A stretch of 64,000 nucleotides of DNA from Bdellovibrionales bacterium (GCA_965200875.1 OZ241456.1:1600001-1664000); one strand, 5' to 3'; positions 52,337-62,544 are shown, numbered from the stretch's first letter. Notes: generated from the sequence alone by a model not told the origin. Program-made: numbers and translations.

Positions 52337-52879
52337 AAATATCCACAACCACTTGTAGTCAAAATGATACTTTTCTTCGTCTGTATAATTCGCTTTATGT
52401 ATTTCCGATTTGAAATTTTGATAAATGGAAAAAGCAGGTCTTCTGAGACTCTTTCATATATTGATAGTATGAAGTATTTTGAGGGCCTTCCAAATTTAAA
52501 GTTGATTGAGTTTAAAAAATTTTGTTTTTCTGCGTTTATTTTTCTTCTGCTCTTCTTTTTTTCCATCGAAAACCACGCAGAACCTATCGCCAAATTTTCC
52601 TCTTTTGAGGACATACTTCCGGCAGGAACTCGTATGGTGATCCCGACAGAAATCATGCAGGAATATCAGTTCGTCTCGAAAAAATGGGGGCATCCTTTCA
52701 ATTATTTATCCCATTACTATTCCAGCCTCGGCCCTTCCACTCTCCATAAGGACCAGCACACCTATTATATTCCCTTAAGCCGAGAGGAGGACAAACAAAA
52801 CACAGAGCAACCAGTCAGCAGAACAGTAATGGTGGATCTGATGAATGTGAAAATGAATGAGGAAAGTACTGTTTTTACA
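51942..52879 (+). repeat. ~284-bp near-identical direct repeat (51942-52225 and 52596-52879)
   Basis: tttcctcttttgaggacatacttccggcagg...gtactgtttttaca occurs twice with few differences. Confidence 0.95.
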
Positions 52880-53868
52880 ACCAGAAACACTGTAAATATA
52901 AACAACCAGCCAGTTCAGTTGGCCACTGCGCGCTTCGCTAGGAAAAGTCCTTTTTTAATTCAGGAGGATACACAAACCGAAGCCGGCACAAACTGTATTA
53001 ATTGTGTAACGACTATTGCTTTTAATGATGACATTACTATAGTGAACAATCTACGACAATTAATCATGCCATCTCTGGAGAAAGAACCAGATTTTTCCAG
53101 GCTGAAAGTAGCTTTGGACCTTTTCAGATAAATACTCTGGGGAACGACTATAAAGGGCTTAAACAATGTAATGAAAGAGGAACAAATCAAGCTCCTAGGG
53201 TGGATCCAGAAGATCCTGAAAATATAAAAGAGGTTTGTCAACAGAACCATTACAGAACAATGAAAGGGCTTACCTGCAACCCGGAGTACAAACAAGATAT
53301 TGATAGTTCAAAAACCTGCCTTAATAATCCTTATTGTGGTTTTGAGGAGGCTTTACGCACGCTTAATTGCAAATGGCTTAACATACATAAAGACAAATGT
53401 GAAAAACCGACAAATGAAATAAAACCAGTTTGCAATGACCACGGCCACTATAACAATCACTCTCCAAAGATGCCAGATAAACCTTGGTCAGAAATGAGTA
53501 CGACAGAAAAAAACTTATGGAGATACACTATAATGGGTTATCAAACAGAAAGGTATATATCAGACGCAACACAAGCAATAATAAACATGTCTCCAGAGGA
53601 AATAAATGAAGCCCTAGGAATGAAAGCTGAATCTCTGGAAACTACAGACGAATCTCTGGAAACTACAAAACCAATATCTTCTTGGGATAAAACAAAAATA
53701 TATATTCTTAGGTTTTTTTGTATGAAAGGGAAAATACAAGGTGCTTGCATGAATATATCTTATGTGGAAAATATTACAGGTGATAAGCATGACAAAAATC
53801 CTTCTTATATTGACAAATGGAACGAATATAAGAAAAACAATGAAGTTAAATGTAACCAAACGGATTAA
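52364..53868 (+). pseudogene. Probable single secreted-protein gene split by a -1 frameshift (or two genes)
   Basis: The frame of ORF 53200..53868 is open back to 53032 and overlaps the end of 52364..53131. Confidence 0.45.
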
Positions 53869-53937
53869 AAAATGGGGTTTAGATTCTCTCCAATAATTGC
53901 TGATTTGTAAAAATTTAGTCCTGTTTTTTAAGGTCGA

Positions 53938-53970
53938 GCCAGGTTCACTTTGTAAACCTGGACTTTTTAT
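53938..53970 (+). terminator. Putative intrinsic terminator
   Basis: ccaggtt...aacctgg stem followed by ttttt. Confidence 0.5.
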
Positions 53971-54017
53971 ATTATGATCAGCTGTATTGATGGCTTTATT
54001 TTATCAGGTTTATAATT

Positions 54018-55526
54018 ATGCGTGTTTTCCGGGTATTGTTTTTTCTTTTCTTTTTAGCAGTTATAAATGATGTCAACGCCACTACCTGTAAATCAAAAGA
54101 ACCAACAGACGATGAAAAAACCACCTTTTGTTTTTTTTCCTTAAACAACCCAAAGGAAAAAAAGACATTCGCGAATCAATACCAAAGCAATCCCAATATA
54201 GAGGTAAAAGAGTTTTATGGAGACACCAACGCCGGCAAACCCGTTGAGGATCAATTTAAAGAAATGCTTAAAACCAGTGAATGTGATTCCTTGGTTATTT
54301 CCGGTCATCACACTGGGTATTTTTCCGGCAAGCAGACAACAGGGAATACATTGAAGTTGGATTTTATGGAGGATATATCTTGTGAACCAGGTTGTGCGGA
54401 ATGGTTTTCCAATGTGGAAAGTTTATTTTTGATGGGTTGTCAGACTGTCAAAAGCGAAAAGCATCTGAAAGCAGGCCCAAGTGCTGATCAGGAAAGCATC
54501 CGTATCAGTGAAGCTTACGAAGTAAAGGCTAATTCGGCTCATAGTTTACACAATCAGGCATTCAGCTCCACTTTGGCTGAAAACGATAAGCTAAGTCATC
54601 GTTATTTAAGAATGTTCCCAAACTCCTCTCTTTATGGTTGGGGAGCTATAGCTCCAGGTGAGAAATCTAGATCTGAAAGAAGCCTTCCAAACTTTATTAA
54701 TTTGGTAAGCAAACTGCATACGGCAGGCTCTGATGCAGATGATGAGACAGCAGACATACTGAATTTTTTGAATTTTATAAACAACGAAAGTAACCCCGCT
54801 TGCCATCAATATCTTTCCGCCAGGGCTTGGACAAAACATTGGACGAACAATGCAAGTGCTCCCACAGCTTGCTATATTAAAGATGAGCAGGAGGCCGACT
54901 TGCTGACAAAACAAAATCTGCAAAAATACCAAAAGCTTGGCTGTGATCTGAAACGCGCCCTTGAAACTGATAACCAACAAGCCATAACACAAGCAATAAA
55001 CAAAATTCTTCAAGAAGGTCCTTCTGCCATTGAAGCCAATTTTAATCGTTTAATGTCTCTTATAACCGATAAAGACAACAAAGATAAAAGTTGGTATAAC
55101 AGTGTGATAAATCAGCTGAAAGCAAATGGGGATCTTAAGGAAGTTCTCATTTCCAGCATTAAAGATTCAAAAACAGGTTTTACCCGCAAAGCTGATTATC
55201 TTTATTTTTATCAGGAAATGGGCTGGAACAAAGATACAAGTGATGAAGATATCAGTACCCCTTTTTTAGAACAATTAAGCCGGTTGTTTCAGGAGAGCAC
55301 ACAAAAAACTGGCGCAAATTCAATTATTACCAAATCCTTGCATTTGTCTCTTCTTGATAGCATTGCTGATAATAATCTGCAAAGCTTACTTTCGCAAAAA
55401 AGCCCCCAAACATTTAATAATTTTGTGAACGCTTATGAAACATATCCAGCAAACCCAGATCCGAATACATCTGCATTAGAATGGATCATTAATTACAAAT
55501 TAAAGCAGATGAGAGTACGCCAGTGA
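54018..55526 (+). CDS. Secreted hypothetical protein, possible clan CD (caspase-fold) peptidase
   Basis: Signal peptide; LVISGHH and LFLMGC strand-end motifs. Confidence 0.55.
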   Translation: MRVFRVLFFLFFLAVINDVNATTCKSKEPTDDEKTTFCFFSLNNPKEKKTFANQYQSNPNIEVKEFYGDTNAGKPVEDQFKEMLKTSECDSLVISGHHTGYFSGKQTTGNTLKLDFMEDISCEPGCAEWFSNVESLFLMGCQTVKSEKHLKAGPSADQESIRISEAYEVKANSAHSLHNQAFSSTLAENDKLSHRYLRMFPNSSLYGWGAIAPGEKSRSERSLPNFINLVSKLHTAGSDADDETADILNFLNFINNESNPACHQYLSARAWTKHWTNNASAPTACYIKDEQEADLLTKQNLQKYQKLGCDLKRALETDNQQAITQAINKILQEGPSAIEANFNRLMSLITDKDNKDKSWYNSVINQLKANGDLKEVLISSIKDSKTGFTRKADYLYFYQEMGWNKDTSDEDISTPFLEQLSRLFQESTQKTGANSIITKSLHLSLLDSIADNNLQSLLSQKSPQTFNNFVNAYETYPANPDPNTSALEWIINYKLKQMRVRQ

Positions 55527-55885
55527 CAAAACATTAATTCAACTGGTCCAGTAATGCCGAATGAAATAAAGTGGTTACACGAAGTAATTATATTTGGGCA
55601 TCTTAATCAGGTTTTAAGCTTGCTAAGGCAGATTTTCTCGGGCAAATAACTAATCAATGGTCGAGGTTTTTAAAGTTTTTTTTATCCCATAACAGAACAA
55701 AAGAGGTTTTATTTTCGATTTTGAATCAACTCCGCACACTTTCTTTGCTGTCAAGGCTTATTTTTTCAGAAAAATCATTTATACTTTAGTGGGATAATGC
55801 CGAAAAGAAAATCAGAGAGGATACCCAGCCAGTTATAAAGCCTCCATTTTCTTGGATAAGGAAAAAAGATTAAAATTGTAGAAAG

Positions 55886-58537
55886 GTGAAATGTAATATG
55901 CTCCAAAATAGTTTTTTAAATAAATTCCACTCTGGTCTTATCAGGGCTTTATTTTTTTTCATAACACTTTCTTTTTCAAATCCCACTCAAGCTTTCTATG
56001 CTCAGGGCGCACAGGCTAATTGTGCTTTACCTTTGTACCTAGCGGCCATGCAAGGTGGACTTTTTAACAAAGAAAAGAATTTTGGCGCGGAAAAAGCCAA
56101 ATTAAGAAATCAAGAGAAGTTACGAAGACGGCAACTAGAAAAGTCAGATGAGGCGATTAAAGAATTAAAAAGAGAGATCGGAAAACTTAGGGACGATATA
56201 GCAGAACGACTTGATGGTGATGATAGTGGTGTTGGTGATGATGTCGTGGATCAAGTCCTAGACTATATGAGAAAAGGAAGTGATTATCGTGATGAGTATG
56301 AATTTTGGTGTGGGGATGGTGATGACTATGCAATGCTGGATTATGACTTTGAGGATAAACCACAAATCAAAACCAGTATAGCCACCAGCTTTGTTGAGGC
56401 TTTAAAGCCACCTGATACACTGGTTCTTTACTTAAAAAAACTTTATACCCGCCTTTTCAGTGCCCTAAAAAACAAACCCCTTGATGTTGTGACCCCTTCC
56501 GCGGAAGCAACTGTTACACCAGACCAGAGAAATGAGATTTTAAAAAACATTCGAAACAAACAAAGCAACACTGAGATTGCTATTGATGATCAAGGTGTTG
56601 CATTTTCAGGAGCGATGGAAACACAAAGAAATCGCCGGGCCTGTCAGGCAAGTTGTCAAGGCGAAAACCAAAACTGTGTGATACAACCAGATGGTACCTA
56701 CAAATGTATGACTCAGGGAGCTATCAGAGCAACTAGAACATCACCAACACCAAGAACAACAAGCCCAAAAGCAACACTAGTAGTAGAAAAATCTAACTCT
56801 ATACCCAAGGGCTGTGAAGAGACTTGTAACAATAAACAGGGCTACAGGTGTTGTAATGATATATGTCAACGAAACGAAACATGTGATATGCTTGAAGTAG
56901 CACAACGCACCTCCTCCAGTGGTGCTCCTGATGGTGATGGTGGTCCTACTACTTCTGGGGGTGATGGTGCTCCTCCTACTGCTGTTGCTGATGATGCTGG
57001 TGGTACTCCTACTCCTGCTGATGATGCTGGGGGTGATGATGCACCACCCCCTCTCGAATTAAAAACAGACCTGACTTGTCCTAATACGCCGTGTCCAGCA
57101 GGTCAAATTTGTGTAAAAGGTGGTTCCTGCCAACCACAAAGAACAGCAAGAGTACTAGCGAATACGGGCGATAACCAACAAGACCCGGATTGTGCTTTAT
57201 GGAAACAATGGGGAAGGTGTGCCGGTTCAGAAGGGGAAATTAAAGATAAACTTTGCCGGAATCCCAGTGAGTGTGCTATCAAAAAAACAAAAAGATTTGA
57301 TAATTGGAAAGAGATTAAAGGAACCTCACTTCAAAGCAATTCAGACAGAGGTGGGAAAAGAGCTTGTAATGAAGCCTTAGGAGCATTGCAAGAATTAATT
57401 AAGGACTTAAAGAAAGAGGAAAAGAAAAGACATGATATTGTAAGTGAACTGGAAGGCATAGAAGAAACTTATGAAGAGATAGAAGAAGCTAGACTATATG
57501 GCACAGAAGCAGATAATTGTGATGATTGTTGGGAAAGACGACTTACAAGATTCAAAGAGATTGTAGACCCTGCCCCTTCCGGTTGGGAAGTCTTGGGCAA
57601 TGTGGTTGGTACTGTGGGTGCGGCCGCTATGGGTTATTATGGAATTAAAGAAGCAAATAAATTAAGAGACCAACAAGGTTTTGCGGCTCAACCTGGCCTT
57701 GCTATGGGCCTTGCTTACCCTTTTATTATGAAGGGGCTTTATGGTGGTGGACTGTTTGGCAGTTCCTCATCTTTGGCTTGCTCCCCCACTATGTACGGTG
57801 GCGGTAATCTATTTGGCAATCCCTTTATGTACCAAATGGCACAAATGCAACAAATGCGGATGATGGGCGGTATGATGGGTATGAGTGGTATGATGCCTGG
57901 TATGATGGGTATGAGTGGTATGGGTGGTATGATGCCCGGTATGATGGGTGGTGGTATGGCCGGTATGATGATTGGCGGTATGATGCCTGGTATGATGGGC
58001 ATGGGTGGTATGATGCCCGGTATGATGGGTGGTGGTATGGCCGGTATGATGATTGGTGGCATGATGCCCGGTATGATGGGCATGGGCGGTATGATGCCCG
58101 GTATGATGGGTGGTGGTATGGCTATGATGGGTGGCATGATGCCCGGTATGATGGGCATGGGCGGTATGATGCCCGGTATGATGGGTGGTGGTATGGCTAT
58201 GATGGGTGGCATGATGCCCGGTATGATGATGGCTGGTGGAATGCAGTCTTACATGCAATATCAACAAGCTTTAATGTCTTGGCGGATGTCACAGATGAAT
58301 AACTACATGCAAAGGCAACAAGCTGTAAGTGGCTTGCAACAGGAAATATGGCGTCTTCAAGCACAAATCCAGCAAACCCTCTACGGTGGAAGTGGAAATA
58401 ACTTTAACTTCAGCGGAGCTGGTGGCGGTGGTGATGATGATAGTGACGGAAGTGGCGTTGGTGCTGGTGGCAGAGAAAGAGAAGAAGACAGGAAAGATCA
58501 GCCAATAAACCGTGGCAGAATAATCCGCGGAATATAA
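55886..58537 (+). CDS. Large secreted protein with coiled coils, Cys-rich modules and a Gly/Met repeat
   Basis: 883-aa ORF; signal peptide (…PTQA); hydrophobic Gly-rich segments followed by (GGMMPGMM)n. Confidence 0.75.
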   Translation: MKCNMLQNSFLNKFHSGLIRALFFFITLSFSNPTQAFYAQGAQANCALPLYLAAMQGGLFNKEKNFGAEKAKLRNQEKLRRRQLEKSDEAIKELKREIGKLRDDIAERLDGDDSGVGDDVVDQVLDYMRKGSDYRDEYEFWCGDGDDYAMLDYDFEDKPQIKTSIATSFVEALKPPDTLVLYLKKLYTRLFSALKNKPLDVVTPSAEATVTPDQRNEILKNIRNKQSNTEIAIDDQGVAFSGAMETQRNRRACQASCQGENQNCVIQPDGTYKCMTQGAIRATRTSPTPRTTSPKATLVVEKSNSIPKGCEETCNNKQGYRCCNDICQRNETCDMLEVAQRTSSSGAPDGDGGPTTSGGDGAPPTAVADDAGGTPTPADDAGGDDAPPPLELKTDLTCPNTPCPAGQICVKGGSCQPQRTARVLANTGDNQQDPDCALWKQWGRCAGSEGEIKDKLCRNPSECAIKKTKRFDNWKEIKGTSLQSNSDRGGKRACNEALGALQELIKDLKKEEKKRHDIVSELEGIEETYEEIEEARLYGTEADNCDDCWERRLTRFKEIVDPAPSGWEVLGNVVGTVGAAAMGYYGIKEANKLRDQQGFAAQPGLAMGLAYPFIMKGLYGGGLFGSSSSLACSPTMYGGGNLFGNPFMYQMAQMQQMRMMGGMMGMSGMMPGMMGMSGMGGMMPGMMGGGMAGMMIGGMMPGMMGMGGMMPGMMGGGMAGMMIGGMMPGMMGMGGMMPGMMGGGMAMMGGMMPGMMGMGGMMPGMMGGGMAMMGGMMPGMMMAGGMQSYMQYQQALMSWRMSQMNNYMQRQQAVSGLQQEIWRLQAQIQQTLYGGSGNNFNFSGAGGGGDDDSDGSGVGAGGREREEDRKDQPINRGRIIRGI
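57859..58243 (+). repeat. Gly/Met/Pro low-complexity tandem repeat
   Basis: ggtatgatgcccggtatgatggg units are repeated many times. Confidence 0.95.
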
Positions 58538-58600
58538 CCTGACCCATACAGTGTTATACTGCCTATATAAAGGACAATCTCCTGATTTGTGGGATAAGCC

Positions 58601-58801
58601 ATGAAAAAATATATTAACAAAATTATTCATGACGATGCTCTTTGCTTTCTGCCAAAGTTAAAAAATAACTCCATAGATATTGTATTAACAGATCCCCCCT
58701 ACTTCCTAGATAAAATGGATCATAACTGGAGTGCCAAAAAAGTGCGTGGTCCTAAAAAGCCCTATGCTGTACAACACCTGCCGGCAGGTTGGTTTTTTTA
58801 A
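58601..58801 (+). pseudogene. 5' fragment of a beta-class amino DNA methyltransferase
   Basis: INKIIHDDAL...SIDIVLTDPPYFLD; ends after 66 aa against a convergent gene and has no motif I. Confidence 0.8.
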
Positions 58802-59994
58802 AAACCGATTTTTACTGTTGGCTTTTTTTCCGGCTTTGTTTTTTTATCTTTGCTTTCACTGAATATAAACACAGCTCCTAAAGCCACAGCCAAACCTGTA
58901 CCCAACCAAAGCCATTCCTCTTCCCACCATTCCTTGCTTTGTGCTGGTTTTTCCAACTCTTTTTCCACCATTTTTATTTCAGCCGGCAAAAGATTTTCCG
59001 ATAATTTAACTGACTCCACCAGAGGAAAACTCCATACACAAAAGTTGGGAAATAAAACCCGCACTCGCTTTCGCAAGGCTGGATTTAATTCTTTTAAATT
59101 TGTTTGTTGGCAGGAACCTTTTATGAGTGGTCGAGTTTTCACTTTTCTTGAAATGAGGCGAGATAAGGACAAAGTTTGCCTCCAACTTTTATGAGAAGAA
59201 CTAAAAGCTGTTACCCGATACATTCCGTAAGGAAGGGCAACTTTTTCTCTGTTGGAATAAACTTTGCCGTTAATCATCAAAATTTCATGGAGAGGAAAAA
59301 GCTGGCTTAGCTTAAGGCGCGTAAAACTGGCGGTTTTTTTAAGTTTTGAGTAAAGCCTGATCAATGGTGGTGGAAATATCTGAGTTTCCAGTTTAAGACC
59401 CATTTCGAAAGTTAAAGCTTCCTTTAAAAAGAGTTCTTGTTTTTGCGCGTTTTTTTCTAATTGGGCCAGACGAAACAAAGCATAGAAAATAATTTTTCTT
59501 TCCTCTGTATTCCAATCAAAAGAGTGTATGTTGTCGGCTATGATCTGAAAAGTCTTTTGGGAACGACTTGGTTCGGGTGACAAAAATTCCATTTGCGCTT
59601 TCTTTAAAAGGGCATTGAGTTTAACGGGTCTGGGGGTTTTTCTGTTTACCTCCAGCTGATATTTGGCATAAGTTTTTATCATCTCAGCTGTGGTGTAAGC
59701 AGAAAACTCCGTGGTGCTGGTTTCCACGGCTTGAATAAGTATGGGTGGTTGGCCTTTTGAATGAATGGTGGTGGTGGCCTCCTGATTTTGTATATTGCTG
59801 AAGGTGTTGGCCATGTTATGGGGATTATTTCCAGCTAAAGTGTGGTGGCCTGCCAAAGTCCCGCCGGTTAAAGGCACACCAGACGCAGAGAAGGGAACCA
59901 CTATTGATGTTTGAAAAACCGCCGAATATAAAAAACAGCTTGCAAGCAGGAGAGCTTTCTTTCGATACAGATTTTGGTTTTCTTTTTCAAACAT
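58798..59994 (-). CDS. Hypothetical exported protein with a C-terminal TM anchor
   Basis: 398 aa; signal-like N-terminus; WW..WLWLGTGLAVALGAVF near the C-terminus. Confidence 0.65.
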   Translation of the reverse strand: MFEKENQNLYRKKALLLASCFLYSAVFQTSIVVPFSASGVPLTGGTLAGHHTLAGNNPHNMANTFSNIQNQEATTTIHSKGQPPILIQAVETSTTEFSAYTTAEMIKTYAKYQLEVNRKTPRPVKLNALLKKAQMEFLSPEPSRSQKTFQIIADNIHSFDWNTEERKIIFYALFRLAQLEKNAQKQELFLKEALTFEMGLKLETQIFPPPLIRLYSKLKKTASFTRLKLSQLFPLHEILMINGKVYSNREKVALPYGMYRVTAFSSSHKSWRQTLSLSRLISRKVKTRPLIKGSCQQTNLKELNPALRKRVRVLFPNFCVWSFPLVESVKLSENLLPAEIKMVEKELEKPAQSKEWWEEEWLWLGTGLAVALGAVFIFSESKDKKTKPEKKPTVKIGF

Positions 59995-60050
59995 AAAAAT
60001 ACTTCTTAAAGTTTATATTGCACGATTAAAAATTTTTTCCTATTACTGCC

Positions 60051-60551
60051 TTAATTAAAAACAGATGAATTATCAAGCTCTATTACAATAGTTCTTTTTC
60101 TTTTTTTGCGTAAAGGCTGAATATAGGTTCTCTTTTTTTGCGAAGGATTTTGAATAACCGCATGAAAAGCTTGAAATCTTTGAATCAAAAAGCTGGCTTT
60201 ATCTTCCGGAACCAGTACGGCAAAATAAGATGGGTTTCGGGGTGAGCGTATAATTTTTACAGACTCTGCCACTTTTTCCGCTTTTTTACGGGCCGGATCT
60301 CCAGTATATAAATCCACCACTCCTTTGCTTTCCAGCAATCCATCCAGAGAAGAGCCATTGCCAATCTCTACCGGCACCAACACAAATCCTTCAGGGATAT
60401 ATGTGTCCAAATTGCGAGCACGGGGGTTTTCCTGAGTTTTCTTTTTACCGGGAAAGAGAGTGAAAAGCAGAGAAATTAAAATTAAAATAAGCCATATCTG
60501 CCAGCTTTTTTTATTTTCTGTAATCCATTTTTTTACTTTAAGCTGATTCAT
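60051..60551 (-). CDS. Tad-associated CpaB/RcpC-like protein
   Basis: TM segment then LDTYIPEGFVLVPVEI...VVDLY; within the Flp cluster. Confidence 0.55.
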   Translation of the reverse strand: MNQLKVKKWITENKKSWQIWLILILISLLFTLFPGKKKTQENPRARNLDTYIPEGFVLVPVEIGNGSSLDGLLESKGVVDLYTGDPARKKAEKVAESVKIIRSPRNPSYFAVLVPEDKASFLIQRFQAFHAVIQNPSQKKRTYIQPLRKKRKRTIVIELDNSSVFN

Positions 60552-60584
60552 TTTTCACTCCTTTTTAAAACCCCTTTATTTTTA

Positions 60585-60773
60585 CTAGTTCTGAAGTTTA
60601 TCTTTATAATTTTGAGGGTTCGTGTATTTTCCTCCCCTGCTTATGTGAATTTCTTTTTTCCCTTTTTCATACAGATGGGAAAGCAACGCCAAAAAAGCAC
60701 AGGAAAATAAAATAAGACAAAGTGCCTCCAACAGCAGTTGTCCTGCTTTATGATGAAGAAATGTTTTTTTCAT
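60585..60773 (-). CDS. Small TadE-like pseudopilin
   Basis: KAGQLLLE prepilin-like cleavage motif followed by a hydrophobic helix. Confidence 0.6.
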   Translation of the reverse strand: MKKTFLHHKAGQLLLEALCLILFSCAFLALLSHLYEKGKKEIHISRGGKYTNPQNYKDKLQN

Positions 60774-60799
60774 TTTTTACCCCTTTCTTTATGTGTTAG

Positions 60800-61534
60800 T
60801 CACAACCTGTAGCTTGCTTGAAAAGCACGAGCCGTGAGAGCGGTTTTCCACTTTCCACCACTTTTTTTTATGGTGGCTGAACAATTGTAGGCAGATAAAT
60901 AATTTTGAAAAAAAGCCCTCTTCAACCATGTTGGCAAAAACTGGTAAAGAGGCATTTTCCAAGAAAAAGATAAAATTTGCCGTAAAGAAAAATCAGACAT
61001 AGGGTGATAAGATGGAGCTATATCCCCTCTTGGTTTTGCTTCCACGGCCAAAGGAACAGGCTGAAGGTGATCTTTTTTTATATAGTTTGGATAAAGTTTC
61101 ATTATCTGTTGTTTGAAAGAGGTAAAACCCAGTTCCACAGACCCTACGGTTGAGTTTAAAATATTTTTTTGTTTTCTGTCCAAAAGCCGTCTTTTTTGTT
61201 TTATGATTTCTATTTTTGTCCGTAACGCGATGATAGTAGCAGGCTCTCTGGCTTTTAAGGCTTGCCGGTAAAGCTTTTCCAAATGCTTTTGCGTATGTCT
61301 CAGCTGATCTGCCAAAGGATTAAGGCTCAGCAGGAGCTTTAAAGCCTGTTTGATATGCTCCTGAGTTTGCAAAGTGTGTTTAATACAAATGCTTTGAGCG
61401 AGATCATGATTTCGGATACAAAATATAAGAGAGGTAAAAACCATCAGGCAGCTGATAAAAAGTGGCAAGCTGATTAAACACAAAACCATGATAAATCCTT
61501 TTTTGTTTTTCCGAAAATCCGAAAAAAATTTCAT
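60800..61534 (-). CDS. TadG-like pseudopilin
   Basis: NKKGF prepilin-like motif and a hydrophobic helix; in the Flp cluster. Confidence 0.55.
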   Translation of the reverse strand: MKFFSDFRKNKKGFIMVLCLISLPLFISCLMVFTSLIFCIRNHDLAQSICIKHTLQTQEHIKQALKLLLSLNPLADQLRHTQKHLEKLYRQALKAREPATIIALRTKIEIIKQKRRLLDRKQKNILNSTVGSVELGFTSFKQQIMKLYPNYIKKDHLQPVPLAVEAKPRGDIAPSYHPMSDFSLRQILSFSWKMPLYQFLPTWLKRAFFQNYLSAYNCSATIKKSGGKWKTALTARAFQASYRL

Positions 61535-61899
61535 AATAAAACTCCCTTCTTTAGCTGAAGTTTTTGTCTAAATTGGATGCGCCAAAATTTGGTGTTCCAA
61601 ATAAAAGAACCTTTCCATTCGTTTTCTTTTTTATAAAACTGGATATTTTGTAATCTTCCGGTCCATAAAAAAGTTTCTATTTTTTTCTCCATTTGATTTT
61701 CACAATGAGGCTTTGTCTGCCCCTTCGCCAGACAAACCAAAGACTGATAAAGCTGATGATCCATCCATAAATGTTGCGCATGAACATGAAAAAACAAAAA
61801 GCATAGGATAAAACAGGAAACTGCTAAAGGCAGTAACACCAAAGTTTCCCCTAAAGCCTGCCCTGATGGTCTTTTTTTGTTGTTTTTTATTTTTTTCAT
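61531..61899 (-). CDS. TadE-like pseudopilin
   Basis: SGQALGETLVLLPL motif. Confidence 0.7.
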   Translation of the reverse strand: MKKIKNNKKRPSGQALGETLVLLPLAVSCFILCFLFFHVHAQHLWMDHQLYQSLVCLAKGQTKPHCENQMEKKIETFLWTGRLQNIQFYKKENEWKGSFIWNTKFWRIQFRQKLQLKKGVLL

Positions 61900-61930
61900 A
61901 TTCTTTTCCTAGTTCTGTTTAAACAAATCA

Positions 61931-62398
61931 TTATTTTTTTTTGCTGGCAGCTCCATTCATAAAATTACTTAAGTCGCTTTTTTTGTAATCCTGTTCTTTT
62001 ACACTCTCTGTTTTTACTTTCTTGGGTTTCCCTTGAAGAGCGTACACCGCAGAGGCAAAACGAGCTTTAATGGTTTGATTTAATACTCGTATTATTCCAA
62101 TGGTGGCAACACCCATTAAAGCCACCAAAATCAAATATTCGATCAACCCTTGCCCTCTTTGTTTGTTTACACTTCGCCGGTTTGATGCCCCTTCCACTGT
62201 CTGATGCCCCCACTTGCTAGATTTATAATTCATTGCCTGAATCACCTTTTTCCATTTTGGTACTTTCGATCTTTTATAGGGATGATAGGGTGGCTGAGAG
62301 TCTCCCAGCAACGAAAGACCACTTGAATACCTAGCTTCTTTATTTATGGTTTGCCGACTTTCCGGTGTTTTTTTTATATTTGTGATATGTGTTTTCAT
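61931..62398 (-). CDS. flp: Flp/type IVb pilin
   Basis: RGQGLIEYLILVALMGVATIGII Flp motif; start uncertain (AAGGAG RBS before 62398). Confidence 0.88.
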   Translation of the reverse strand: MKTHITNIKKTPESRQTINKEARYSSGLSLLGDSQPPYHPYKRSKVPKWKKVIQAMNYKSSKWGHQTVEGASNRRSVNKQRGQGLIEYLILVALMGVATIGIIRVLNQTIKARFASAVYALQGKPKKVKTESVKEQDYKKSDLSNFMNGAASKKK

Positions 62399-62544
62399 AT
62401 CTTTCTCCTTTCTTTTTATTGAACTTATTTTTATATGTGCAAAACCAGAAGGGCTGAATAGACGCCCAAAAAGGTAGTTTTTTTAGAAAAAAAACCGGAT
62501 TTCGAATTTTTTCCGAATTATACATAGCATTATGTTTGATCCCC

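Noticed and set aside
51942..52879. DGR template/variable repeat pair
   Set aside because: No reverse transcriptase is in the window, the differences include indels and are not adenine-specific, and both copies are internal to ORFs.
57739..58267. His/Thr-rich and Pro/Ile-rich minus-strand ORFs
   Set aside because: They are antisense shadows of the Gly/Met repeat.
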